Part shown: positions 27,557 through 39,334 of the stretch, piece after piece
Position numbering within the stretch: position 1 is the stretch's first letter
How the letters are laid out: each line of letters begins with the position of its first letter
From: Myxococcota bacterium
Lineage (GTDB): Bacteria > Myxococcota_A > UBA796 > UBA2385
Reading direction: 5' to 3'
Assembly: GCA_044344255.1 (NCBI GenBank)
Contig: JBIJDH010000004.1
Location: 352,001 to 416,000 of the forward strand
DNA length: 64,000 nucleotides
Position numbers and translations under genes: made by a program
The notes under the pieces: model-generated
What the model was told of the DNA's origin: nothing
Database searches by the model: none
Seen by the model: only the letters and a program-made list of their open reading frames with translations

Positions 27557-28776
27557 GGCAGCGTCACCACGACGTCTCCCTCGGGGATGGGCTCAGGTTC
27601 GAGGGCGGCGGCGAGCAGGATGCCCCCCGTGGTGAGGCCAGCGGCGCTGACGCCCACGGCCGTCCAGAAGGTCCACCGTTGGGTGAGGGGCTTGACGGGG
27701 ACGAGCTCGGAGCGGCCGGGCTGCCCCTCCGCGATGAGCTCGGCGCGGAGGCCTTGTCGCCCCCCGCCGCCCATGGTGATCTCGACGCTCGCCGACTTGA
27801 AGCCGGGCCGCTCGACCGAGATCTCGTACCGTCCCCGGTCAAGGTGGTCGATGTGCAGCTCTTCGCCCACCGTGGCGGGCGCACCCTCGACCAGCACGGT
27901 GGCGTCGGGGGCGCCGGTGCGGACCGTCAGCGAGCCGCCGCCGCCGCGCAGCTTGGCGGAGACGACGCCCTTCTCACCCTTGGAGGTGTCCAGCCGCCGA
28001 AAGACATCGCCATAGCCGTCGAGGGAGAGCCGCACGACGTGCTTCCCGGCGGGGATGCCGCTGAGCTCGAGGGGGGTGAGGCCCCGCTCCTCGCCGTCCA
28101 GCCAGACGCGGGCCGCGGGGGGCTCGGAGCGGAGGTCGAAGCGACCCGCGCTCGACGAGAGTCTCTGAAAGATCAAGAGGTTCTTGCTCTTCTGGAAGGT
28201 GAACTCACCCTCCATCGGCTCGGCGCCCGGGGCCTCGATGCGGTACCGGTGGGCGCCCTCGGTCATGGCCGGCAGTCGGACGGGCAGGGGCCAGCTCTCT
28301 TTGCCGTCCACCACGACCTTTCCGCCGCCCGGCTCGGCCGCGAATTCAACGGTGCCCTGGCCCGGCACGAAGGTGGCGGTGACCTCGGCGGTGCTACCCT
28401 GCTTGACCTCGATCTTGCGGACGAAGGGGTCAAAACCATCCACCGAGAGGCGGACCGTGTGCGGGCCGACCGGGATGTAGCGGGTGATCGGCGCCTCGCC
28501 GACCAGCTCGTGGTCGATCCAGACGCTGGCGCCCGGGATGGGGCTCTTCACCTTGAGGATGCCGGTCACGGCCGTGCTGGGGGTGTCGGCCGCCTTCGTC
28601 GTCGAGGCGCCCCCACCGCCGGAGGCGCCGGTCGCCTGCGCGGCCGTCGGGCCGGACCCCACGAGGCCGAGCGCGACCACGAAGACGAGGTGAGCGGCCC
28701 GCGGTCCGCTCCTCCCGATGGGACGGGCTCGATCGCTCCACCCCCGGGGCTCTCTCTCTGGCGGTCGCTCGTTCAT
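27553..28776 (-). CDS. PEGA-domain protein with C-terminal TM
   Basis: S.PGASVWID...GEAP, SEPPAARVWLDGEERGLTPL, Y.I.V.RPGF repeats; PLTQRWTFWTAVG TM. Confidence 0.85.
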   Translation of the reverse strand: MNERPPEREPRGWSDRARPIGRSGPRAAHLVFVVALGLVGSGPTAAQATGASGGGGASTTKAADTPSTAVTGILKVKSPIPGASVWIDHELVGEAPITRYIPVGPHTVRLSVDGFDPFVRKIEVKQGSTAEVTATFVPGQGTVEFAAEPGGGKVVVDGKESWPLPVRLPAMTEGAHRYRIEAPGAEPMEGEFTFQKSKNLLIFQRLSSSAGRFDLRSEPPAARVWLDGEERGLTPLELSGIPAGKHVVRLSLDGYGDVFRRLDTSKGEKGVVSAKLRGGGGSLTVRTGAPDATVLVEGAPATVGEELHIDHLDRGRYEISVERPGFKSASVEITMGGGGRQGLRAELIAEGQPGRSELVPVKPLTQRWTFWTAVGVSAAGLTTGGILLAAALEPEPIPEGDVVVTLP

Positions 28777-28979
28777 TCCGTTCTCCGAATCGCGGCCCGA
28801 CGGGGCAGCCGATCCTACCAGAGGTCAGGCGCTGCCGTAACCGAGGCTCAGGTAGACAGGGCGCGAGAGGGGGCCACGCCGCGGGGTAAGCTCCCCTCTC
28901 ACGCGACCCCCCTCGCCGCCCGTCTGCCGTCGGCGGTCGGCAATTCAGGGCGCTGTCCCCCCTTCGAAGAGCGGATCGA

Positions 28980-30518
28980 ATGAACATCCTCCCCGCCCCC
29001 GGCTCCCCCGAGGAGATCGTCGCCTTCGAGCGACTCCAGGCCCGCCTGCCCGAGCTCTACCGCTCGGTGGCGCATGATGAGCGCGGTGAGCACACGGTGA
29101 TCGTGGTGCCGAGCCTGTCTTTGGACGCGCGTGAGCTCGCCAAGGTCTCGGGGGTCCATCACTATGAGGAGCGGCTGCTCTACCACTTGATGCTGCTGCG
29201 GCGACCGCGCACCCGCGTGATCTTCGTGACCAGCAGCGCGCTGTCACCGACCGTCGTGGACTATTACCTCCACCTCCTGTCGGGGATCCCCTACAGCCAC
29301 GCCTCCCGTCGCCTCGTGCTGCTCAACTGCGCCGACGCCTCCTCGACGCCGCTCAGCGCCAAGATCCTCGGGCGTCCGCGGCTGATGAACCGCATCCGGG
29401 AGGCCGTCGCCGACCCCGCGCGCGCCCACATGGTCTGCTTCAACAGCAGCAACCTCGAGCGGACGCTGGCCGTCCAGCTCGGCGCCCCGCTCTACGCCAA
29501 CGATCCGGCGCGGAACGATCTGGGCACCAAGAGCGGCAGCCGCGAGGTCTTCCGGGAGGCGGGCATCCTCTTCCCCGACGGCTTCGAGCACCTGCGCAGC
29601 GCCGACGACATCGCCGAGTCGCTCGCCGCCCTCAAGGTCCGGCACCCGACGATGCGCCGCGCGGTGGTCAAGCTCAACGACGGCTTCTCGGGGGAGGGCA
29701 ACGCCCTCTTCTACTACGATGACCTCGATGGCCACTCCGTCGCCGGGCTCAAGCCCCTCATCCGCGAACGCCTGCACCGGCTCCGATTCGAGGCCCCCCA
29801 AGAGCACTGGGAGAGCTTCGAGGAGAAGTATGAGCAGATGGGCGGCATCGTGGAGCAGTTCATCGAGGGCGAGCACAAGCGCTCCCCGTCCTCGCAGAAC
29901 CGGGTCAACGCCGTCGGTCAGGCCCAGGCCATCTCGACGCATGATCAGGTCCTGGGCGGTCCTTCGGGGCAGGTCTTCCTCGGCTGCACCTTTCCGGCGG
30001 ATCCCGTCTACCGGATGGAGGTCCAGGAGGCGGGCATGAAGGTGGCGGCCGCCCTGGCGCGACGCGGCGCGATGGGCCGCTTCGGCACGGACTTCGTCAG
30101 CGTCCCGCGTCCGGAGGGGGGCTACACGCACTACGCGATCGAGGTCAACCTCCGAAAGGGAGGGACCACCCACCCCTTCCTCACGCTTCGCTTTTTGACC
30201 GACGGCTCGTACGACCTCGGCTCGGGCGAGTTCTTGGTGCAGAACGGGACGCCAAAGTATTACTTCGCCTCCGATACGCTCCAGAATGATGCCTACCGCG
30301 GGCTGATGCCCGAAGACCTGATCGACATCTCCGTGCTCCACCGCCTGCACTTCCACCCCTCCACCGAGCGGGGGGTGGTCTTCCACCTGATGGGCGCCTT
30401 GTCGGAGTTCGGGAAGCTCGGGATGGTCTGCATCGGCGACAACCTGCAGCAGGCGCAGTTCCTCTACCGAAAGACCGTGAGCGTCCTCAACCAGGAGGCG
30501 GGCGTGGAGGGGGCCTAG
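28980..30518 (+). CDS. ATP-grasp peptide ligase, PGM1-related
   Basis: VVPSLS, HYEER, GTKSGSR, VVKLNDGFSGEGNA, IEVNLRKGGTTHP. Confidence 0.8.
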   Translation: MNILPAPGSPEEIVAFERLQARLPELYRSVAHDERGEHTVIVVPSLSLDARELAKVSGVHHYEERLLYHLMLLRRPRTRVIFVTSSALSPTVVDYYLHLLSGIPYSHASRRLVLLNCADASSTPLSAKILGRPRLMNRIREAVADPARAHMVCFNSSNLERTLAVQLGAPLYANDPARNDLGTKSGSREVFREAGILFPDGFEHLRSADDIAESLAALKVRHPTMRRAVVKLNDGFSGEGNALFYYDDLDGHSVAGLKPLIRERLHRLRFEAPQEHWESFEEKYEQMGGIVEQFIEGEHKRSPSSQNRVNAVGQAQAISTHDQVLGGPSGQVFLGCTFPADPVYRMEVQEAGMKVAAALARRGAMGRFGTDFVSVPRPEGGYTHYAIEVNLRKGGTTHPFLTLRFLTDGSYDLGSGEFLVQNGTPKYYFASDTLQNDAYRGLMPEDLIDISVLHRLHFHPSTERGVVFHLMGALSEFGKLGMVCIGDNLQQAQFLYRKTVSVLNQEAGVEGA

Positions 30519-30622
30519 CGGGGAGGGCGGGCCGACGTGGGCCGGGTGGCGTCCCGCGAAGGGCCTTGTGTGCGCTCCCTGGCAGTCGTATGCTGCGCTC
30601 CACGGTCCCCAGGAGCTCCTCG

Positions 30623-32179
30623 ATGCGGCTGAACCGGCTGCGTGCCTGCCTCTCGCTCTCCCCCATGCTCGTCGCCGCTGGCGCTTGCAAGCCTGACTAC
30701 GACGTCAACGCACAGGCGAGGATCCTCTCGACCTCGGTCGCTACGGTGGACGCCGGGATGGTGGCCGTCAACGACCGCGAGCGGGTCCAGATCTTCCTCC
30801 GCAGCACCGGGCAGGGCGAGGTCGCGGTCAGCGGCATCGAGGTCGATGACCCCACCCATTGGGAGATTGATCCGTCCTGGAAGAACGCGGACGGCGATGA
30901 CAACGCCGAGGCCCTCAACCTCGCAGGCGGCACGCCGGACGACCCCATCTACGGCCTGGCCGAGATCATCTTCAAGCCGGACGCCGAAGACGAGTACCGC
31001 ACTACGCTGACGATCTACTCGAACGACACCGAGGTCACCGAGCGGGACCCCGAAGATGAGAGCGTCGGCCTCTGGAAGATTGTGCTGCGCGGCATCGGGC
31101 GGTATCCGTGCAGCCTGATCTACCCCACCTTCCACGATTACGGTCCGCGCCCGCCGGGCGGATACTACTCGCACACCGGCTACATCCAGAACTGCGGCGT
31201 GGTCACGCTCACCGTCACCTCCTTCGATGTGGCCGGAGATGCCACCTTCTCGGTCGCCACCCCCACGCCTGTCTACGTGCTCCCTGGCGAGACCGAGCCC
31301 GTCGAGTTCGCCTACCAGCCCGGCGGCAGCTCGGACGGTGAGCAGGCCCTCGTCACGCTCGAGTCCACCGACCCCAGCTACGCCGATCAGCAAGTGCGGC
31401 TCATCGGCAACGAGTGCAGCCTCTCGGTCATGGGCACCTGGGATGGCGACGGCGACGGCTGGACGTCCTGCGGCGGAGACTGTGACGACACGGACAGCAG
31501 CATCAGCCCCAGCGCTCAGGAGAAGTCGTCCAATGGTAAAGACGACAACTGCGACGGCGTGAGCGACGAGGCAGCCAGTGATCTCGACGTGGACGATGAC
31601 GGGGACACCTACACCGAGAACACGGGCGACGCCGACGACAGCGATCCCACGGTTTACCCCGGCGCCCCCGAGCTCCTCGACCAGATCGACAATGACGGCG
31701 ACAGCGTGGTCGACGAGGGGACGATCTTCTTCGATGACGATGGTGACGGGTACTCGGAGCGAGAGGGTGACTGTAACGACGGAGACAACCTCATCCACCC
31801 CGGCGCGGAGGAGGCCCTGAACGAAATTGACGAGGACTGCGACGGCCTGACCGACGAGACCACCTACGCCTTCGACGACGATCGCGATGGATTCGCCGAG
31901 CAAGACCCCTCCGGCGGCGCGGCTGACTGCGACGACGAGGACCCCTGGACCTACCCCCAGGCCGCTGAAGACTGTGACGATCACGACAACGACTGCGATG
32001 GGCTGGTCGACGAGGGCTCCGATGACGAGCCAGACGGCGCCTGTGCCTTCCTCGTCGAGCGAAACCAGGTCCAGGAGAAGAAGGAGGGCTGCTCGACGAG
32101 CGGTCGGCCGGCGGCGATCGGCGTGGGCTGGTCCCTCGGCCTCGCGGGGCTGCTGATGCGTCGGCGGCGGCGCGCCTGA
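30623..32179 (+). CDS. Lipoprotein with Ig-like (choice-of-anchor D-type) domains, MopE-type repeats and MYXO-CTERM-like tail
   Basis: SD AGGAG; lipobox AGAC; LTIYSND; DCDD/DDNCDG repeats; KEGC...TM...RRRRRA. Confidence 0.8.
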   Translation: MRLNRLRACLSLSPMLVAAGACKPDYDVNAQARILSTSVATVDAGMVAVNDRERVQIFLRSTGQGEVAVSGIEVDDPTHWEIDPSWKNADGDDNAEALNLAGGTPDDPIYGLAEIIFKPDAEDEYRTTLTIYSNDTEVTERDPEDESVGLWKIVLRGIGRYPCSLIYPTFHDYGPRPPGGYYSHTGYIQNCGVVTLTVTSFDVAGDATFSVATPTPVYVLPGETEPVEFAYQPGGSSDGEQALVTLESTDPSYADQQVRLIGNECSLSVMGTWDGDGDGWTSCGGDCDDTDSSISPSAQEKSSNGKDDNCDGVSDEAASDLDVDDDGDTYTENTGDADDSDPTVYPGAPELLDQIDNDGDSVVDEGTIFFDDDGDGYSEREGDCNDGDNLIHPGAEEALNEIDEDCDGLTDETTYAFDDDRDGFAEQDPSGGAADCDDEDPWTYPQAAEDCDDHDNDCDGLVDEGSDDEPDGACAFLVERNQVQEKKEGCSTSGRPAAIGVGWSLGLAGLLMRRRRRA

Positions 32180-32260
32180 GCCGGCCCTCGGCTCGGAGAC
32201 CGGGGAGAAATCGATAGGGGCCGCCTTGCCGCCGACCGGGGGCGTGGCTACCTCCGGCGG

Positions 32261-34117
<1,857 letters not shown>

Positions 34118-34120
34118 CGG

Positions 34121-35719
34121 TCACCGTCCTCCGAACCAACCTCCTCCGCGGCCCCGCCTGCGGGACCGGACGCGGAGGGCGAGGCAGAGGGCCAGCAGCG
34201 CCGCGCCGCCGCGGGGGGCAGGGCCCAGCGCGGCGCAAGTGGCTCTGTTGTTGTTTGTTCCAGCGCGGTGATCGACGCCCGCGTCGGCCGACTCGGGGCG
34301 GCCGGTGTCCCGCTCGGCGGTGTCGAGGGTGGGGCCGCCGTCCCCGCCGCTGTCGTCCGGCTCCGAGGGAGCCTCGAGCTCGAAGCTGCGCAGCGTCGTC
34401 CAGGGGCCCACCGCGCCGCTGGCGTCCACCCCCTGCGCCCGCCATTGGTACGCCCCCGGGCCGGGCAGGGTGGGGACCCAGCGCACCTCGCCTGACTCTC
34501 CCCTGGGCAGGCCCAGGATGAGGTCGACGGCGGCGCCCGCCTCGTCGAACACCTGGAAGGAGGTGGTGACGGCGCCCCCCTCGGGGTCGAGCGCCTCCCT
34601 CACGACGAGCGTGGGCGCCTCCGTCACGATCGCCCCATCCTCGGGGGCCACGGGGGAGGGGAGGGCAGGGGGATCGTTGCGTGTGCTGAGGGTGAAGCGG
34701 CCGGTGCCGCTCCACTCGCCCTCTGCCCAAGCGTCTGAGAGGGCGGCGCGCCAGTAATAGTCCTGGTCTTCGGACAGGGGGCCGGAGAGGCTCCAGGTCG
34801 TCTCGCCGCTCGGGTCTTCCGGGACCTCGTCGGCGACGAAGAGGAGATCGGTCAGGGCTTCGTCGCCGTAGAGCTCTACGCGGAGCCAGCGCGTGTCATC
34901 GAGGGGGTTGGGCGGGCTGCCGACGACGAGATCGGGCAGCAGGGAGACGTAGGTGCCATCCTCGGGGGCGAGGAGCCGCGGGGCGCCGGGGCGATCGTCG
35001 GTGGTGGGATCGGTACGACCGAGGAATTCGGCCTCGTTGTCCCTCCCGTCGAGATCGGGGTCCTCCGACCCGTCGTCTCGGCCGGGATCGAGCCCGACGG
35101 AGGCCTCCCATAGGTCGCTCATCCGATCGCCGTCTTCGTCCAGGATCTGCACGGTGACGGTCCAGCCGAGGGAGGTGACGCCGCCGTCCCCGTCCGAGAG
35201 CGAGAGCTGGAAGGTGTTGGGCCCCGCGTCTTGCCAGCGCGGGAGCCAGGTGAGGGCGCCGGTGGTGCCGTCGAGGGTGGCGGTGGCGGGGAGGGCGCCG
35301 GCCGACCAGGTCAGGGTGTCGGAGCCCGGATCTTCGCCGGTGGGGCTGAAGGACCAGCCTTGCCCCTCGCGGGCGACGGTGGCGGGGCTGCCCAGGAGAG
35401 TGGGCACGCGGTTCTGAACGATGAGCGAGGCGGACCCGCTGTCGCAGGCGAGGTCGGCGTCGCAGACCTCCACCGTGATCGTCCAGGTGCCGTCATCGGC
35501 CCAGGTGTGGCTCGGGCCCTCGCCGCTGCCGAGCGAGCCGTCCCCGAAGTCCCAAGAGATCGTAGGCGCGTCGAGGGACGCGGAGCTCCAGGTGACGCCG
35601 AGGGTGGCCGCCGTGCCCTCGGAGACCGGGCCGGCGGGTAGGGTGAGGGCGGTCACCACCGGCGCGGCCTGGGCCGACGCAGGGAGCAGCAGCGAGAGCA
35701 GGAGGGTCGCGGGGCGCAA
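34121..35719 (-). CDS. Secreted PKD / putative Ig domain surface protein with MYXO-CTERM-like tail
   Basis: Signal AQA; WDFGDG (PKD); LDGTTGALTW; DEDGDRMSDLWE; tail RATC...TM...RSRRR. Confidence 0.8.
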   Translation of the reverse strand: MRPATLLLSLLLPASAQAAPVVTALTLPAGPVSEGTAATLGVTWSSASLDAPTISWDFGDGSLGSGEGPSHTWADDGTWTITVEVCDADLACDSGSASLIVQNRVPTLLGSPATVAREGQGWSFSPTGEDPGSDTLTWSAGALPATATLDGTTGALTWLPRWQDAGPNTFQLSLSDGDGGVTSLGWTVTVQILDEDGDRMSDLWEASVGLDPGRDDGSEDPDLDGRDNEAEFLGRTDPTTDDRPGAPRLLAPEDGTYVSLLPDLVVGSPPNPLDDTRWLRVELYGDEALTDLLFVADEVPEDPSGETTWSLSGPLSEDQDYYWRAALSDAWAEGEWSGTGRFTLSTRNDPPALPSPVAPEDGAIVTEAPTLVVREALDPEGGAVTTSFQVFDEAGAAVDLILGLPRGESGEVRWVPTLPGPGAYQWRAQGVDASGAVGPWTTLRSFELEAPSEPDDSGGDGGPTLDTAERDTGRPESADAGVDHRAGTNNNRATCAALGPAPRGGAALLALCLALRVRSRRRGRGGGWFGGR

Positions 35720-35795
35720 GGGCGGGGCCCCCGAAGGCGCTGGAGTGGGATGGCGCGCTCTTCATGTTACCCGACGCCGACTGGCTGGAGGTAGG

Positions 35796-37580
35796 GTGGT
35801 CGCCGATCTGCACGCGTTTCTGGACCTCGCGCGGAAGGAGGGGGAGCTCGTCGAGATCGACACTCCCTGTGACCCTTACCTGGAGATCCCTGAGATTCAC
35901 CGCCGCGTGATCGCCGCGGGGGGCCCGGTGCTCCTGTTCCGGCGCCCGGTGGGGGCCGCCTACCCGGTGGTGACCAACCTCTTCGGCACAAAGAAGCGGG
36001 TGGAGATGGCCTTCGGGCGGCGCCCGCTCGACTTCGTGAAGCAGGCCGCCGCCCTGCCGATGGAGATGATGCCGCCCACCCTCTCCAAGGTTTGGGAGAA
36101 GCGGGACTTCTTCCTGCAGGCCACCAAGCTCGGCACGCGCTTCGTCCAGAAGGGTCCGATCCTCGACCTCGGTGAGGATCCGCACCTGAACGAGCTCCCC
36201 ATGCTCCAGTGCTGGAAGGAGGACGGCGGCGCCTTCGCGACCCTGCCCCTGGTCTACACCGAGCACCCCGAGCACGGCGGTCACAACCTCGGGATGTACC
36301 GAGTCCAGCGCTTCGACGACACCACCACGGGTATCCACTGGCAGATCGGCAAGGGTGGTGGCTTTCACCACGCGGTGGCCGAGCAGAAGGGCATGGCGCT
36401 GCCGATCACGATCTTCCTCGGGGGTCCGCCGGCCCTGATGCTGGCGGCGATCGCGCCCCTGCCGGAGAACGTCCCGGAGCTCATGCTCGCGAGCCTGCTC
36501 CAAGGGGAGAAGCTCAAGATGGTGCGGGACGACTCCTGCATGCACCCGCTCATCGCCAACGCCGAATTCGCGCTGCACGGCGTCGTGCCGGTCGGAGTGC
36601 GGCGCCCGGAGGGGCCCTTCGGCGACCATTACGGCTACTACTCGCTCAAGCACCCCTACCCGGAGGTGCAGGTGACGCGGCTCTACCGGCGGGCGGAGGC
36701 CATCTGGCCGGCCACCGTGGTGGGCAAGCCCCGCCAGGAGGACTTCTACATCGGGGACTACCTCCAGGAGCTGCTCTCGCCGCTCTTCCCGGTGGTCATG
36801 CCCGGGGTGCGAGACCTCTGGAGCTACGGCGAGACGGGCTTCCACTCACTGGCGGCCGCCGTCGTCCGAGATCGGTTCGGCCGTGAGGCGATGCAGCACG
36901 CCTTCCGCATCCTCGGGGAGGGGCAGCTCGCGCTCACCAAATTCCTGCTGGTGGTCGATCAGCCGCAAGACCTCCGCGACGTCAAGGGCCTGCTCCGCTT
37001 CCTGCTCGCTCGCTTCCGCCCGGAGACCGACCTCTACATCGTCGCCAACCTCTCGCTCGACACCCTCGACTACACGGGCCCGGCCGTCAACGAGGGCTCC
37101 CGCGGCGTGATGCTCGGGGTGGGAGAGGCGGTGCGGGAGCTGCCCGGCGCCTTTCAGGGCAAGCTCCCGGGCGCCTTCCGCGAGGCGGCGGTCTTCTGCC
37201 CCGGCTGCCTCGTCGTCGACGGGCCCAGCTACAGCGCCGAGCCCGACGCCGCGGCCCGCCTCGTCGGCATGGACGAGCGTTGGCCCTTGATCGTGCTCGT
37301 CGATGACGCGCGCCGGACGGTCGCCAGCGACACCCGCTTCTTGTGGACGGTCTTCACCCGCTTTGAGCCGGCGGCCGACATCCGCAGTCGCACGCGCGTC
37401 GCCCGGAACCACGTCGTCCACGAGGGGTCGATCATCATCGACGCGAGGATGAAGCCCGGCTATCCCGAGGAGCTCTTCTGCGACGAGGCCACCGCTCGCA
37501 CGGTGGACGAACGATGGAAGACCTACTTCCCCGCGGGGAAGGTCGAGATGGGCGACGGAGACTGGAAGGCCCCCGAGTAG
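35796..37580 (+). CDS. UbiD-family (prFMN) decarboxylase, long form; possibly menaquinone pathway
   Basis: WKEDGG, NLGMYRVQ, EGPFGDHYGYY, VVGKPRQED, DTLDYTG; SD GGAGG. Confidence 0.9.
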   Translation: MVADLHAFLDLARKEGELVEIDTPCDPYLEIPEIHRRVIAAGGPVLLFRRPVGAAYPVVTNLFGTKKRVEMAFGRRPLDFVKQAAALPMEMMPPTLSKVWEKRDFFLQATKLGTRFVQKGPILDLGEDPHLNELPMLQCWKEDGGAFATLPLVYTEHPEHGGHNLGMYRVQRFDDTTTGIHWQIGKGGGFHHAVAEQKGMALPITIFLGGPPALMLAAIAPLPENVPELMLASLLQGEKLKMVRDDSCMHPLIANAEFALHGVVPVGVRRPEGPFGDHYGYYSLKHPYPEVQVTRLYRRAEAIWPATVVGKPRQEDFYIGDYLQELLSPLFPVVMPGVRDLWSYGETGFHSLAAAVVRDRFGREAMQHAFRILGEGQLALTKFLLVVDQPQDLRDVKGLLRFLLARFRPETDLYIVANLSLDTLDYTGPAVNEGSRGVMLGVGEAVRELPGAFQGKLPGAFREAAVFCPGCLVVDGPSYSAEPDAAARLVGMDERWPLIVLVDDARRTVASDTRFLWTVFTRFEPAADIRSRTRVARNHVVHEGSIIIDARMKPGYPEELFCDEATARTVDERWKTYFPAGKVEMGDGDWKAPE

Positions 37581-37634
37581 CAGCGCCGAGGGGGCCCTGC
37601 ACGATGGCCCGCGAGGAGAGGGCCACTGGCGCGC

Positions 37635-38174
37635 TCAGCGTAAGCCGAGCAGGCCCTTCTTCAGGTCTTCGGTGGGCGGGTGCGAGCCAAGGTAGATCGA
37701 CCACAGGGCCTTCATGAAGTCTGCGCCGGGGATGGTCGCCTTCACCTTGCCGCGCACGGTCACGGTGGTGCCCTTGCCCGGCACATACTCGAAGGCGACG
37801 GTGTCGCCGGAGTGGACGACCTCCATCGTCGCTTCGAGCTGATCGAAGCGGGCCCGGAGCGCCGAGACATCGCCCATCTTGGACAGGGCCTCGTTGAAGG
37901 CCTCGTTCTGTTGTTCGACCGTGACCGTGTTGTAGATGAAGTGCATCTCCAGACGCTTGGCGACATCGTCGCCGGCGGCCTTGGTGGCCGAGGTGGTCTT
38001 GGCGGGGAGGTAGAGCGCCCCCACGTAGATGTCGATCACCACCTTCTCACGGAGGCCGAGGCCGTTGAGGACGAGCGGGGTGCCCCCGACCGTCACGGCG
38101 TCGGGGACGCTCACGCCGACGAGCTCGGCGGCGCCTGCCACTCGGAGGAGGAGGCCGAGCACGAGGAGGCTCAT
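37635..38174 (-). CDS. Chalcone isomerase-like family exported protein
   Basis: LVLNGLGLR, IYVGALYL, FMKALWSIYLG..P...LKKGLLG; ATGA overlap with upstream gene. Confidence 0.85.
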   Translation of the reverse strand: MSLLVLGLLLRVAGAAELVGVSVPDAVTVGGTPLVLNGLGLREKVVIDIYVGALYLPAKTTSATKAAGDDVAKRLEMHFIYNTVTVEQQNEAFNEALSKMGDVSALRARFDQLEATMEVVHSGDTVAFEYVPGKGTTVTVRGKVKATIPGADFMKALWSIYLGSHPPTEDLKKGLLGLR

Positions 38175-39289
38175 CCGGACCTCCGCCGGAGGGTCGCGAG
38201 GCCGAGCAGGCCGACCAGTCCGAAGAGGCCCGCCGCGCCGCGCGCGGGGGCCCCGCTGCTGGTGCAGCCGCAGCCCTTGTCACCGCCGCCGCCCGCGGCC
38301 TCCGTGACCGTGAAGGCGCCCGGGAGCAGCGCCGTGGTGCCGTTCGCGAGCACCACCTCCACGTCGTGCACCCCCGCGGGGAGCGTGGTGGGGGTGCGGC
38401 CGGAGAGGGTCTCCTCGTTCACGAGGGTCTGCCCGACGATCGGGATGCCGCCGATGCGGGCCTCTGCCCCCTCCGTGAAACCGCTGCCGAGCACGATCAC
38501 GTCGATGGCCTCGCCGAGCGCGACCTCGCCGGGCACGACCGAGAGCAGCGTGAAGTCCGCCGCGGCGCCGTCGGTGCCGTCGGTGCCGTCGGTGCCGTCG
38601 GTCCCGCCAGAGTCCGCGGTCCCGTCAGTGCCGTCGGTGCCGTCGGTGCCGTCGGTGCCGTCGGTGCCGTCGGTGCCGTCGGTCCCATCGCCGCCGTCCG
38701 TGCCGCCCTCGGTGCCGTCACAGCCCTCGTCGGCGACCGCGTCCCCCGTGATGCAGAGGCGCATGATCCAGTCGCCCGACAGGCCGAGCAGCTGCGACTT
38801 GTACCAGGCGCCCGAGTAGATCCAGCTCTGGTTCGGGTAGTTCATGCCGCCGGTGTCCCGGGCGATCCCGGGGTAGCCGTCGTGGGCCTCGAAGCAGACG
38901 CTGACCCCGACGTTGCCGCTCTCGATCTGGGCCAGGCCGAGCTCGAGCGTGGAGATGGTGAGGTCATTGTAGGCGTCGTTCGCGCCCGTGATCGCCACCC
39001 CCTCCCCGTTGATGTAGGTGGCCGTGCTCATCTCGGTGCCGCTGAGCGCGTAGAAGTTGACGGTGAACAGCTCTTGCGCGCTGTTGCCGCCCACCATCAT
39101 CCGAAGGCTCGAGAGCTCGAAGGGGTACTCGTCCCCGTTCGGAATGTAGACGGACGCCCAGCACTCGCCGGCGACGAAGCCTCCTTGGAAGCCGGCCATC
39201 TCGCCGTCGTCGAAGTCATCGTTGACGAGCCAACGAGAGCCCGCATGAGCGGGGGCGCTCCAGAGGAGCAGGGTCATGAGGTGCAGCAT
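38171..39289 (-). CDS. Secreted IPT/TIG-domain protein with (DGT)n linker and MYXO-CTERM-like tail
   Basis: Signal AHA; LGSGFTEGA, LPAGVHDVEV; KGCGC...TM...RRRSG; SD GGAGG. Confidence 0.8.
   Translation of the reverse strand: MLHLMTLLLWSAPAHAGSRWLVNDDFDDGEMAGFQGGFVAGECWASVYIPNGDEYPFELSSLRMMVGGNSAQELFTVNFYALSGTEMSTATYINGEGVAITGANDAYNDLTISTLELGLAQIESGNVGVSVCFEAHDGYPGIARDTGGMNYPNQSWIYSGAWYKSQLLGLSGDWIMRLCITGDAVADEGCDGTEGGTDGGDGTDGTDGTDGTDGTDGTDGTDGTADSGGTDGTDGTDGTDGAAADFTLLSVVPGEVALGEAIDVIVLGSGFTEGAEARIGGIPIVGQTLVNEETLSGRTPTTLPAGVHDVEVVLANGTTALLPGAFTVTEAAGGGGDKGCGCTSSGAPARGAAGLFGLVGLLGLATLRRRSG
38567..38720 (-). repeat. 9-nt tandem repeats (gacggcacc) encoding (DGT)n
   Basis: About a dozen gccgtcggt-like units on the plus strand, in two blocks. 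Confidence 0.85.
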
Positions 39290-39334
39290 CGAATCCTCCA
39301 TCCGGGGGGAGGATAGCCGATCGCCGGACGCCCT

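Noticed and set aside
7599..30518. Pheganomycin-like pathway linking the amidinotransferase-superfamily gene and the PGM1-like ligase
   Set aside because: The genes are over 20 kb apart in unrelated operons; the former looks like DDAH and no precursor peptide is visible
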